A DNA stretch of 64,000 nucleotides. Origin: Octopus vulgaris (Eukaryota). The notes under the pieces are model-generated. The model made no database searches and was not told the origin of the DNA. It saw nothing but the letters and a program-made list of their open reading frames with translations. This document shows positions 1 to 13,763 of the stretch, one piece after another. A program made the translations under genes and the position numbers. Position 1 is the first letter of the stretch. Every line of letters begins with the position of its first letter. The stretch lies in contig OX597817.1 in assembly GCA_951406725.2 (NCBI GenBank), positions 57,536,001 to 57,600,000 on the forward strand. Reading direction: 5' to 3'.

Positions 1-242
1 ATATGAAGATAGATTCTACAGAATTTTTGGTCGGTTAGAAATAGAAGAAATGTAAATACATAAAGCATTTGGAAACTTACAGAAGTCTGGAGGAAACTCA
101 AATAAATAGTTATTGGGTTTAGAAAACAATAAACAACAACAACAAATAATTAAACAAAACATTTAAGGACGCATAGCATGTGTGTGTGTATGTGTGATCA
201 AAACCTGAAAACACAAACCTTTCACCTGAAGATAAGAACAAG

Positions 243-275
<33 letters not shown>

Positions 276-967
276 GGGAGTGGTGACGGCTGTAGTGGGA
301 GTGGTGACGTGGACTGTGGTAGTGGTAGTGGTGGTGAAGTTAGTAATGGTGATGATGATGATGATGATGATGATGATAATGGTAGTGACATTTATTGACA
401 ACAGTTGTGATGTTATGACCGTCACGATGACGATGATAACGGCAGTGGTAGTGATAGTGGTGATGGTGTTGGTGACCGTAATGATGATGTTAATGTTGTA
501 GTTGGTGGTGCCTATGATGATGATGATGATGATGACGACAGTGACAATCACAAAGATAAAGTGATTTACTGTAGGGAAAACCTATATAAACGATTGAACT
601 CGTTATCTCGGCAGAGAACAGGTGACTAAAAGTTATGTTCAATGTTGAGAAGTGGGGGGCAGAGGTGGTGTGGGATTCGCTCACCTCATTATTTTGTCTT
701 TCGACTTGTTAGTCATTGGACTGTGGCCACACTGGGACCCAGTATTATTCATCTTTTGTTTTTTTAAAGTCTGGTATTGTTGTGGGGGTAATAATAATAA
801 TGGAAGCCCCCCTCCCACGTGATGAGTGGTCAGTTATAAATAAGGCGACATTGGTCAGTATAAGGAGAAAGGATGAAGTAAATGGTCATAGACAGTTTTG
901 TCTTTACTAGTCTTACTAACTATACTTCTATACCCAAGTGGACGTTATAACAATCCGACATTAATGA

Positions 968-1198
968 AGGTGGCGAGCTGGCAGAATCGTTAGCATGCCA
1001 GGCGAAATGCTTAGTGGTATTTCGTCTGCCGCTACATTCTGAGTTCAAATTCTGCCGAGGTCAACTTTGCCTTTCATCCTTTTGGGGTCGATAAATAAAT
1101 GTACCAGTTACGCACTAGGGTCGATGTAATCAACTTAATCCCTTGTCTGTCCTTATTTGTCACCTCTATGTTTAGCCCCTTGAGGGTAGTAAAGAAAT
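968..1198 (+). mobile_element. tRNA-derived SINE family A, representative (others ~1707-1952 +, 3762-4179 - with tandem partial duplication, 6079-6307 -, 15462-15693 +, 20258-20492 -, 30753-30979 -, 40763-41188 - x2, and many decayed copies)
   Basis: aggcggtgagctggcagaatcgttag..gagttcaaattcc..gcctttcatcctttcggggtcgataaa..gtaccag recurs throughout. Confidence 0.88.
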
Positions 1199-4100
1199 AT
1201 ATAACAATCCAACATTAAGGATTACAACAGGTATTTATTCTGTTAATCCCTTTTGTGAAACTGCAAAGTTACCAGGACATAAACAAAGCAACACTGGCCA
1301 TCAAGTGGAGGTGTAGAATAAACTCACACAGACACACATATGTATGCTGGTGCCACATAAAAAAGTACCGGTGCTGGTGCCACCTTTAGAGCAAGTAAAG
1401 TGGTTGGCATTAGGAAGGGCATCCAGCTTTAGAAACCAAACCAAATCAGAATGGAGCCTGGTGCTAAATGAAGATGAGAATGATACACACATGTACGTAC
1501 GCGAAAGATAAAAGAAGATTACTGTCCCTCCATACAAATGAATAACATCATTGTTTCCAATCTGCAGCAAAAACATATCCAGCCATTGAGCTGTTCGCTG
1601 TTGAAAGGATTAAGTGGAATATCACCTTACATACTTGCAACCAACACCAGACAGGTTGTCTCATTCATAAATCACTGTAAATAATATTTAGTCATAGACT
1701 AATAAAAGGCGGTGAGCTGGCAGAATTGTTAGCACGCCGGGCGAAATGCTTGGTGGTATTTCGTCTGCTGTTATGTTCTGAATTCAAATTCTGCTGAGGT
1801 CAACTTTACCTTTCATCCTTTCGGTGGTGGTGGGGGGGGCGATTAAATAAGTACCAGTTATGCACTGGAGTCAATGTAATCGACTTAATCCCTTTGTCTG
1901 TCCTTGTTTGTCCCCTCTATGTTTAGCGCCCCCTGTGGGCAATAAAGAAATAAAAATATTGTCTTTCCTTCACTACGTTAGATATGGTTATAGCTGCCTT
2001 GTGACTGGATTTGGTAGACGGAAACTGAAAGAAGCCTGTCGTGTATATATATATATGATGATGATGATGATATATATATATATATATCATCATCAACGTT
2101 TAACGTCTGTTTTCCATGCTAGCACAGGTTTGATGGTTCGACCAGGGTCTGGGAAGCCAGGAGGTTGCACCAGGCTCCAGCCTGATCTGGCAGTGTTTCT
2201 ACATCTAGATGCCCTTCCTAACGCCAACCCCTCTGTGAGTGTAGTGGGTGCTTTTTACATGCCATACCACCGGCTCAGGTGCCAGGAAAGGCTGGCAACA
2301 GCCACGATCGGTTGGTGCTTTTTACGTGCCACTGGCATGGAAACCAGTCAAGGAGGCGCTAAATATATATATGTGTGTATGTATGTGTGTGTGTATATGT
2401 TTATGTGTCTGTGTTTTACCCCCACCCCACTCCGACCCAATTATCGCTTCACGAACGATGCTCGTGTGTTTACATCCCCATAACTTAGTGGTTCGGCAAG
2501 AGAGAGAGAGCGATAGAATAACAAAGAATTACAAAGGATAAGTCCTGGGGTCGATTTGCTCGACTTAAGGCAGTGCTCCAGCATGGCACAGTCAAATGAC
2601 TGAAACAAGTAAAAGAATAAAAGAAGAGGTTCACTTCACAACTTCGTGGTTGTGGGTTCGATATTGCTGCTCTGCACCTTTGACCAGATGTCTGACCAAA
2701 GCCTTGTGACTTAAAATTGGCAGACATCTGTTGCGAGAACCATTCCTGTTCTTGCGCTGAGGTCTAATCTGTGTCTCGATGTACCACCACCGCCACCTGG
2801 CCGTTAAGTTCGTTTTGTGGATAATCCAGTTTGTTGCAAGCATTCGGGTCAGGTCACTGGTGTTATGATAACATCCTAGCCCTTCCCCCAACGCCGTCTG
2901 TGGACCCTGAAAAGACAAAATTGGTTATCGGCGATGCCTCTTCCTCCTCCTCAGTAACCACTGATAAAAATAATCATCCACATCTGTCAACAACAAAAGG
3001 GACATAACTCAGTGACATTGACCTTTGAACTGCATTGCTTTTGATAATTGTTGTTTGCTGTTGTTTCTTAGAACAGATCGAGAGCTAAAAACGTTTCCAC
3101 CCGTGACCATTACTTTTAGACATTACATCAAGAGTTATACTATCCACTGTCTTAAGGAGGTGAGCTGGCAGAATCATTAGCGCGTCGACGTTCTCAGTTT
3201 AAATTCAGCCGAGATCAACATTGGCTTTGCATCCTTTTAGAGTCGATAAAAAATAAAGTAGCAGTAACGTTTAGGGGTCGTCGTAATCGACTTCCCCCTA
3301 GCCTGAAAATGGTTGGATTATACCAAGATTAGAAAGAATATTATCCATTGTGTTTTTCAATTTTTAAGAGAGTAGGGTGTGATTTGAGCAGAGGGGACCA
3401 TTTCCAGCAAGGGAAGCGATTGTGTGAAGGTTCTCTCATATCGGTTTTACCCAAGGGAAATCTCTACGTGGAAACCCATTCAATGGGAAGGGTTTGTATA
3501 GCTACATGAACGAACACTTACCTCTCTTTCAGACACTCAAATGTGGAACACTTCAAAAGAAATATTTCAAATTTAAACACAAGGCTAAGGGACTGCTCGA
3601 TTACACGGATCCCAGTGCTCAACAGGTACTTGCTTTATCGACCCCAAAAGGATGAAAGGCGAAGCCAACCGCACCGGAATCTGGACCCAGGATGTATATA
3701 GCCAGGAGAAATGACGTTAAGTATTTTGTCTGAGTCGTTAACATTTCTACCAGCTTGATACCTATTTCTTTACTACCCACAAGGGGCTAAACACAGAAAG
3801 GACAAACAAGGACAGACAAACGGATTAAGTCGATTACATCGACCCCAGTGCGTAACTGGTACTTATTTAATCGACCCCGAAAGGATGAAAGGCAAAGTCG
3901 ACCTCGGCAGAATTTGAACTCAGAACATAGCGGCAGACGAAATACCTATTTCTTTACTACCCACAAGGGGACAAACACAGAGGGGGAAAACAAGGACAGA
4001 CAAACGGATTAAGTCGATCACATCGACCCCAGTGCGTAAATGGTACTTATTTAATCGACTCCGAAAGGATGAAAGGCAAAGTCGACCTCGGCGGAATTTG

Positions 4101-6365
4101 AACTCAGAACGTAGCGGCAGACGAAATACCGCAAAGCATTTCGCCCGGCGTGCTAACGTTTCTGCCAGCTCGCCGCCTTTACCAGCTTGATACCTTTAAT
4201 TCAAAAGAAATGAGACACTCGAAGAGTATCACTTATGTATGCAAGTGTCACTCGTATATACAAGCATCCCTCGTTTATACAAGCATCAATCATCAATGTT
4301 ATGTCACTCATAGACAAGTGTTGTTTGGAACACATCAGGTAAAAGTAGAGTTATTCCCCCTTGTGATGACAATCTGGTTTTCTTGTCCTTGGCTTATATT
4401 TTCGTTTGTTTATTCAATCATAATTGTCTGTTGTTATTATTAACCAGAGAACTTGAAAAATGAGCTGAAATTCTTTTAATAATATCTGAAAATATCGCAT
4501 TGCGCCCAACAGTTCACTCCCTGAAGATCACAGTGACTTTTACTCACGTGGCACCAGACCAAATTATATATATATATATATATTAGAGAGAGAGAGAGAG
4601 AGTGGTGGGGGGACAGACAGACGCCCCATCTTCATTCAGGCCACTATCACACCATTGCATTTCAAGTTGAAGTCGAGGCACAGAGCTGGGCTGAGTACTA
4701 ATTGTATGTAGGTATTATTATTATGTCATTTGGCAACGTACTATCTTATGTCACTTGATATAAAATTTGCCACAATCTATACATATATACATACTTAAGT
4801 ACATGCATGCATACATGTATGTATGCATGCATGCATGTATGCATGCATGCATGTATGCATGCATGCATGCATGTATTGTATGTATGTATGTGTGTGCATA
4901 CACACACACACAAATACATGCATACATACAGACACACAGCCATTATGTGCAACAGAAGCTATATTAGATTAAAACAGCCATCTGGTTATCATATTTAATG
5001 CGAATACACCACTAAAAATTAAACTAACTATAGTATTTGTCTGGATGTGAATATCTCTTACGAACATGCTGTGTTTAAAAACATGAATATATCAGTAGCA
5101 GACGAAAATCGTCCAGCAAACAGTGGTAAGACTGCTAAACACGCATTTCTGTCTTTTTATACAAAACAGACTTTCATTTAGCTGGATAACTATAGCAACA
5201 GCAACGGTATTTCAATCACCGTTTTCCTATATCAGTAACAATAGATTTTGTCTTAGTATGAAGTTTGCCAGTGAGTACAGTGCTTCTGACAAAGCCCAAA
5301 CTTGTGAGCATTTTGGCTGACTGTGGTGCTGAATTCAATTCTTAACTGTGGAAAGGCCGCTACCAATGGTCAAGTGAGCTATCTTGGAGAACTTCTTCGT
5401 GGAACAATAACTAGAGATAAACAGAGGAGTTTTTGTGTGGTTCAGAATGGGATTAGGCTTATATGGTACGAAACAGGAACCTTATAAAACGGATTATCTC
5501 TTGTGTTACGTAATAATTAGACAACCAAAACTTTACCGTGATTAATTCCTAATATAAAGCAGCAAGATTATCTCCCTTGTAACTCACTGGTGACAACCGA
5601 CTCCACTGCGAAGCAACGATGTTATCTTCCCTGCATCCAGAAGCCAACAGACCTCAATGTGCAAAATGAGATGATTGGGAGAGGAAGGGTTGTAACAGTT
5701 ATTTTTTAACACACACACACATATGGAGATTTTTCTTTTTTTCTTTTTAAACATTCACTTTCCATGCTGGCATAGGTTGGGTGGTTGAACAGGAGCTGGC
5801 GAGCTGGAGGATTGTGCTAAGCTCCAATGTCTGCTTTGGCATCACTTCCACAGCTTGATATTCTTCCTAATGCCAACCACATTACAGAGTATACAGGGTG
5901 ATTTTTTACATGCCACTGGAACTAGTGGAGTCACCAAGCACCCTCAAGATAAGAACCTTCAACTGAGTAAGAGTGCAGTATTGAGAAAAGTGGCTTTGTG
6001 CCAGGTAATAAGAAGTCAAAAGTATGAGACAGGGACACACTGACACACACACACATGTAATTAAATATATAGCTGTTTCTGTATTACCCACAAGGGGCTA
6101 AACATAGAGGGGACAAACAAGGACAGACAAACGGATTAAGTCGATTATATTGACCCCAGTACATAACTGGTACTTAATTTATCGACCCCGAAAGGATGAA
6201 AGGCAAAGTCGACCTTGGTGGAATTTGAACTCAAAATGTAAGGGCAGATGAAATATGGCTACGCATTTCGCCCGGCATGTTAACGTTTCTGCCAGCTCAC
6301 CACCTTGTAATTAAATATATATCATTCAGCAAATGAAGCTGGAAGAAATGAACCAAAACGCCTAC

Positions 6366-6485
6366 CATTAGTGACTCTTGTAGGTTTCCAATGTAATCAT
6401 CTTTCTCTTCATCACTTGTGCAAATGCCTTGGTTCATGTAATGATTTGTGTAATCAATGTGTTCTTTAAAAGCATCCAGCCACAT
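6366..6485 (-). CDS. OSBPL1A: OSBPL1A-like exon 11 (MWLDAFKEHIDYTNHYMNQGICTSDEEKDDYIGNLQESLM), PH C-terminal helix
   Basis: cctttgcag acceptor, ATG|GTAGGC donor, 120 nt, with the W-L-x-A PH helix motif. Confidence 0.9.
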
Positions 6486-9400
6486 CTGCAAAGGAAATGG
6501 TTAATAAGCAATGTCAACAGAACATCGGAATATTTGGATTATGGATATCTGACTTATTGGTTTCTAATGTAAATACAACGGTAAGATTTAGCGAGAAGAT
6601 ATTGTCAATTTTTGTAACCCCCAAAAATTTCAGGTATGATTTGAACTCAAAGAACTAGGGTTTAAATACTGATTTCTAACATAGAGAAATTTTGGTAAGG
6701 GGTATAGTACATGGTGCTATGTCTTTTCATCCCAACATCTTTTGGTCTGATGATTTTTGGTCCAGCAACTTTTTGTCCAACTTTAAATAAATTCTTTAGA
6801 AAACAAGGTGAAATATCTCTAATGATATATTCACAGAACTATAACGAGCCTCGTTAAAGAATTGTCATTATTGTTGTTTTTCCTCTTCTGTTAACAGTTT
6901 TAATTTCTCTTTTTCTTTCTCTCTCTTAACTACGGTGATGTGTATAGAGAGTGTTGCAAATTTAGTGAACACATTTTTAATTTACTCGAAATGACAAAGT
7001 TCATATAATCGACCGAAAACAAAAGAAAAGTAGTTGACGAAAATAATCACATCTACGATTTTCATTCAAGCAATGCAATACTAGGAAAAGAATACTGGAG
7101 ATGTGAGAAAAGAAGGCTGTGTTCAGTGCGAATTCACACGGAAAAGGAGAAACAATGAGCTGAAAATTGTTTATATTTCTCGTGAGCACCTTCATCCAGC
7201 TGATGGAGATTGGTTAAATGCTAGCAAAGCAGTTGCAAAAATAAAGCAAGAAACGGTGGAAAACAGCAGCAAGTTCATGTAGCATAATAGCGGTTAAGTT
7301 TATGCAACTAACAGAAAATACTTGCTCTCAACTTCAGGGGCTAAAACTGGCTTTGAAATACCTGAAGGATATTGTAAACTTGATAATGTTTTTGAGATAT
7401 GGTTCGGGTATCGACGATCAACAGTGCATATCAATATTTGCATCAGAAAGTACTGTTCAGGATAAAGCATCATATCGTCGTTGGGAATGTGATGGAACAT
7501 TCAAAATTGTGCCAGAACACTGGTTTCAACTGTTTAGCATTCATGTACAACTTAAAGGTAGCAGTTTTCCACGGGTTTCTGTATTATTGCCAAATAAAAC
7601 AAAGCAGACATATGAAGTATTTTTCGAGTAATTGAAAATTATGCAACCTAATCCATATCCACTTGATCACATGGCAGATTTCAAAGTTGCAATTCATAAG
7701 GCATTTAATTCATCATTCCCTAATTCATCCATCATGGCATGTTTGTTTCATTTGAACCAATCAGTATTTCAAAAAATTACAGAATTAGGCCTCAAAGAAA
7801 AATACAATACAGACTCTGAATTCTGTCTTAAAATTCCATGTTTTCCAGCATTAGCTTTTGTACCAGTTGAAGATGTCAAAGAGGCCTATGAAGAATTATT
7901 AGACGATGGAGAAATACCTGCTGAATTCATTGCTTATGTCGACTTGACTTACATAGGTGTTGTGAGAGGACGTGGTGCTAGACAAAGGAGAGAACCACTT
8001 ACATTCCCGATAGCTGTATGGAATGTTAATCAGCGTATTCTTCAAGATCTTCCCAGAACAAAAACGCTGCGAGGGGTTTCATTCTGAGATAAAGCGTTTG
8101 GCGGGTGGAACACATTTGAATATTTGGAAATTAATCAAAACTCTGTATTTCTGTTGAGCTGCTCTGTCAGGTTTCTTTCAATTAATTTTAAATATAACAA
8201 AGAATTTAGTAAAGTAACTCAGTTATTCAGCTAGTGTTAGGGACATTAATTCTGACTAAGATTTTAATTCAGAACTTATGAAAACAAGACATTTGTTCTA
8301 CAGAGCCAGAGGCAGTTTCAGCCGGGTTGGTAACAAAAGGGTTAAGAATTGTTTCTCTATTATATATTTTAACCCAACCCATGCTAGCATGGAAAGCGGA
8401 CACTAAACGATGATGATGATGATGATTACTGTATTTATTTTGAGATGCTCTGTTTCTTTTGATTAATTTTCCATCTAACAAAGAATTTAGTAAAATAATT
8501 TAATTATCATTCAGCTAGTGTTAGGAACATAAATTGTGACTAAGGTTTGGTGGAAGATTTTAATTCCAAACTTATGAAAACAAGACATTTGTACTCAGAG
8601 CCAGAGCCAGTTTCAGCCGGGTTGGCAACGAAAGGGTTAAACCAGTTGTATCCGGCCAAAATATTTCATCTGCCTTCCATTCAAACTGGCCAAATCTGGC
8701 ATCTCCTACCTATCCTACAATGTCATTCTAAAAATAAACAGTCACATCATTGAAATCTTTGATGTTACAAGATAATGCCTGATAAATATAAAACAATGTG
8801 AATACATAAAGCTTTACATTTGACAGAAATCTGAATGCTGAAGGGTTTAAAGAAACCTAATGAATTTGTCTACAGCTGTGTGGTAAGTAGCTTGCTTACC
8901 AACCACATGGTTCCAGGTTCAGTTCCAAATTGTCATACATTGGGCAAGTGTCTACTATAGCCTCGGGCCGACCAAAGCCATGTGAGTGGATTTGGTAGAC
9001 GGAAGCTGAAAGGAGTCCATCATATATATATATATATATATATAGGTTATAAAATGAGATAGGGGTTGAAAATTCAACCCACCATGGGATAATATATATC
9101 CAATATACTGCCAGATAGGTACCCAACAAAATTAATACATAGATGTTAAAATTGTCAAACAATCAGTTCATCAAATGTATTATATGGGTAAAGGTAATAA
9201 TATTACCGTAAATTAATACTACAAAATTAGAGAATGGAGAAACATACTTAAATCAATAAAACATCAACTATCCGATGATACCCAAACAATACTTTAATAC
9301 ACCATTACATATGAGTAGAGGCATTATACAAAAAGAGATATACATTAATAGTAAAAAGATAAAGAGATATAAGTAAAAAATTTCAAATATAATATGCAAT

Positions 9401-9722
9401 TAATCAAAACTGACAGCTGTTTCGGCAGTGAGGGCAGTCATACCTCATTTAACCTATGCTAGTTGTTGCTTGTGATTATGTATGCGTATAAGTGTATGTA
9501 TATACATATAACTATGTGTGTATGTGCGATTGATCTGTAGATGCGTGTGTGAATATTGGCGTTCCTTGACTAACCAACCGTATAATTTTCTTTTGTGATT
9601 TAAATTTCAAACCAATAGCCAATCGAATTAATCTAAATTTTCTTTACCTAGTGGTCAGCATTTCTAAACTCATAGTTATTTCGTTCTTGAAAGGATGGAC
9701 TTTGTGCAAACTTAACTGTATC

Positions 9723-9765
<43 letters not shown>

Positions 9766-12225
9766 ATTAATAGTAATTTTTATTAACTTTTATAGCTTTA
9801 GAATTTTATGAACTGAACCATGGTTTTAATTATTATTTTTCATCTCCCTATGTGTTAGGTTTTTTTAAAAAAAATATTAGCCAAATATGTATAATATCGG
9901 TACTTATTAATATTAATATATACACTGATATATATTTTGTTTTATTTTGTTCTGTTTACCTTCCTTTATTGTACCAATGTGTATTATATTATATAAGTGT
10001 AGCATTATGATGTATAAGTTTTTATATTTTACATTTTTATATTTTTATATTTATATGTATATGATTATATAATATTTTTCACAATTATAACAAATTTAAT
10101 TTAATTCTCTGAAGAGGCCGTGGGGCATCCTTGTTAATGCCTCATTTATACCTGCCTTTATGGCTTATAGGTTAAATGAGGTATGACTGCCCTCACTGCC
10201 GAAACAGCTGTCAGTTTTGATTAATTGCATATTATATTTGAAATTTTTTACTTATATCTCTTTATCTTTTTACTATTAATGTATATCTCTTTTTGTATAA
10301 TGCCTCTACTCATATGTAATGGTGTATTAAAGTATTGTTTGGGTATCATCGGATAGTTGATGTTTTATTGATTTAAGTATGTTTCTCCATTCTCTAATTT
10401 TGTAGTATATATATATATATATATGTGTATGTATGTATACATATATATATACATATATATATGTATATGCATATCTTTGTGCCTGTGCTTGTCCCCCCAG
10501 CATCGCTTGGCAACCGATGCTGGTGTGTTTACGTTCCCTGTAACCTAGTGGTTCAGCAAAAAGAGACTGATAGAATAAGTACTAGGCTTACAAAGAATAA
10601 GTCTCGGGGTTGATTTGCTCAACTAAATGCGGTGCTCCAGCATGGCCACAGTCAAATGACTGGAATAAAAGAATCTAATATAAGGTTTCTTTTCTTTGCA
10701 ATGTTTCTGCTAAGACAGTATGGATTCATGGCTACGTTGATCTCACAGCCATTACTGATGCAAGGAAATTAAGGTATTTGCGAATCAGCAGCAGAGGGGG
10801 ATTAAATTTCATTTTATATATTTTCGGGGTCAGCAAACAAGGGGAATGTTACGTTACCTGTTTTAGTAAACTGTTTGCCTGTGGACCGACTGACAAAGTG
10901 TGTGATGTCCCGTCTGAAAATTTAATTTTGAACTGAGCCGGCAAATTTTCAAATGTCTGCAATATAAAGCCATTTAATTAATTAATTAATTAATCAAATA
11001 ATTTATCATTCTGCAATATGAAGTCATTGAGAAATATGAATAAAGGATAAAGTAGTTGTCTGTTTGAATGGAATGTCTCCTCACAGACAAACAACTGACA
11101 ATGTACTTTTGTCCCTCAGACAGCTAACCTACACTATACCACACACACACACACACATACGTTTCTATGTCCCTCTCTTTATAAAGCAAGTACTCACACA
11201 TCCACAATGTAACCCACCTCATCGTCTACGTCTGCTGAGGCTGAGGCGTACAAAACACAACAAAGGTAGCCATCTCCATCAGTAGACCATCCAGAAGAAT
11301 TTGTAGTGTTCTGTTTTTTTTTTCCTTCAACAACTCCAGACCAAACATAAAAGCTGGCAGTTCTTTCTTAATGTTTTTATTATCCAAATATTGGAAAAGT
11401 GTAACTTGGAGTAAACAATTAGTGAAGTTATCAGATTCTAATAAATATAATAAAAAAACTATGATCCATATTGATATTTCCCTGTTCTTCATATTCAGAC
11501 AATACATACATACCTACAAACATACGTACCTACATATATACATACATACATACATGCATACATGCATACATACATGCATGCATGCATACATGCATGCATG
11601 CATACATACATATATATATAAATACCTACCTACATACATACCTATATACATACCTACCTACATACATACATACATACACATATATAAATACCTACATACC
11701 TACCTACCTACATACATACATTCATATATATATATAAACACCTACAAACATACATATATAGCTACATACATATGTACATATATACATACATACCTACATA
11801 CCTAAATACATACGTACATATATACATACATACATACCTAAATACATACATACATATATACATACCTACATATATATATACATGCATACATATATATATA
11901 TACATGCATACATACATACATACATATGTACAAATACACATACATGCATACATACTTACATACATGCTTACATACATACCTACCTACATACGTACATATA
12001 TACATACATGTATGCATACATACATACATACGTACATAGATAGATATACATACATACATACGTACATACATGCTTACATACATACCTACATACATATATA
12101 CATACATACATACCTACATACATATGTACATATATACATACATACATACGTACATACATAGATACATATATACATACATACATATATAAATACATACATA
12201 CATATACACATACATACATACATAA

Positions 12226-12256
<31 letters not shown>

Positions 12257-12931
12257 CATACATACATTATTATGGCTGCCCCCTCGTTATCGAGTATGGC
12301 CATTGCACGAAGCTTAATGGTTACTGGTGCTGTGATCGAATGTGACTTTTTAGCCCAGCTAAAGATCTACAATGTCTTGTACAAAATTGGCAACTAAGAC
12401 CTTTACTGAAATACATACATACATACATAGATAAATACATACATACATGGTGGCTTCCCCTTCGTTATCGAGTATGGCCATTGCGCGAAGCTTAATAAAT
12501 GTTGTTATTGTGCAATGCCGGTGCAAGAAGATTTTTTTTAAAGTGAGGAAAGGCTGTGCACTGAGTCAATCCCACTCACTAAGCAACAGCAGCCATAATC
12601 CGAAATGAAGAACAAGTCAACATCATCGGTAACCACTGAGTCGCAGGTTTTATGTCGGAGTTATCCCAGTTACCTGAGTTACCTTCTCCTAGAAGGATGC
12701 CCTAACAAAGGCTAGGAGTCCTACACTCCCAATGGTTTAACCGCGCGATCGGGTATTCAGTCCGATTATTTCTATGTCCCCGCACATGATACAGCCTTAA
12801 GACATTTATTGGATGGCCGTTGACTCTCAAGAGTTCCTCCGCCCTTTGACGGGTTTTGTTTTTCATCCCGCAGGGTGTCCAATAAATACCCTCCTCACCA
12901 AGCAAGCTTGGTGGGGTTGCCCATACATACA

Positions 12932-12964
<33 letters not shown>

Positions 12965-13027
12965 GTATGTATAATGTAACAAATTAAATCTTGAACATAA
13001 ATTAGAAATATTATTATGATTAGATTA

Positions 13028-13058
<31 letters not shown>

Positions 13059-13293
13059 TACTATTATTATTATTAAGGCAGTGGACTAGCAGAATTGTTA
13101 GCATGTTAGGCAAAATGTTCAGCGGTATTTTGCCCCATCTTTACGTTCTGAGTTCAAATTCTGGTGAGGTTGACTTTGCCTTTCATCTTTTCAGAATTGA
13201 TAAAGTAAGTACCAGTGAAACATGGGGGCGATGTAATCGACTAGTCCCCTCCCACAAACTTCAAGACTTGTGCCTATATTAAGAAAGGATTAC

Positions 13294-13328
<35 letters not shown>

Positions 13329-13727
13329 CTTCATAACACAGTGTAAGTAAAAATGCACTAGAGTCTTTAGTCATCTGTCAAGTCACAACAAGGACCTCAG
13401 ACAGATAATACTTTCCTTAAGGTGTCTGCTGTGCCCAATAAGCCTGCTTCTTGCAAGGCATCAATCTTGCATGGGATTTCCAGTTGCCTTAAGGAGTCTT
13501 GAAGTTTCAGTGGGATTGAGCCCAACGCTCCAATCACCACTGGTATCACTTTTACATTACCCTCTCGCATTCCATACAGTCTTGCCATTTTCACTTTCAA
13601 TTCGGGGTACTTGGTGATTGTTTTTCAACCTTTTTACTCACAACATTCATGTCATTTGGTATGGCCACATCAATGATTTGACAGTATTGGTCTCTCTTAT
13701 TATCATCATTATTATCATTATTATTAC

Positions 13728-13763
<36 letters not shown>

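Noticed and set aside
119-551. Poly-Met/Val/Thr/Ser ORFs (also 19657-20207, 52850-53207, 56358-56684)
   Set aside because: Trinucleotide microsatellite translations.
1500-1680. Possible next OSBPL1A exon (acceptor-like tttcaacag, frame RTAQWLDMFLLQ)
   Set aside because: No resemblance to the expected post-PH coiled-coil region and no convincing donor.
1860-2541. Recurring peptide LQSDLAVFLQLDALPNANHS in many ORFs, suggesting a gene family
   Set aside because: Antisense translation of SINE family C; frames break at random between copies.
11371-12303. HTYI/MYVC-repeat ORFs (also 4746-4998, 42616-43016, 53520-54114, 58783-59466)
   Set aside because: Tetra- and dinucleotide arrays.
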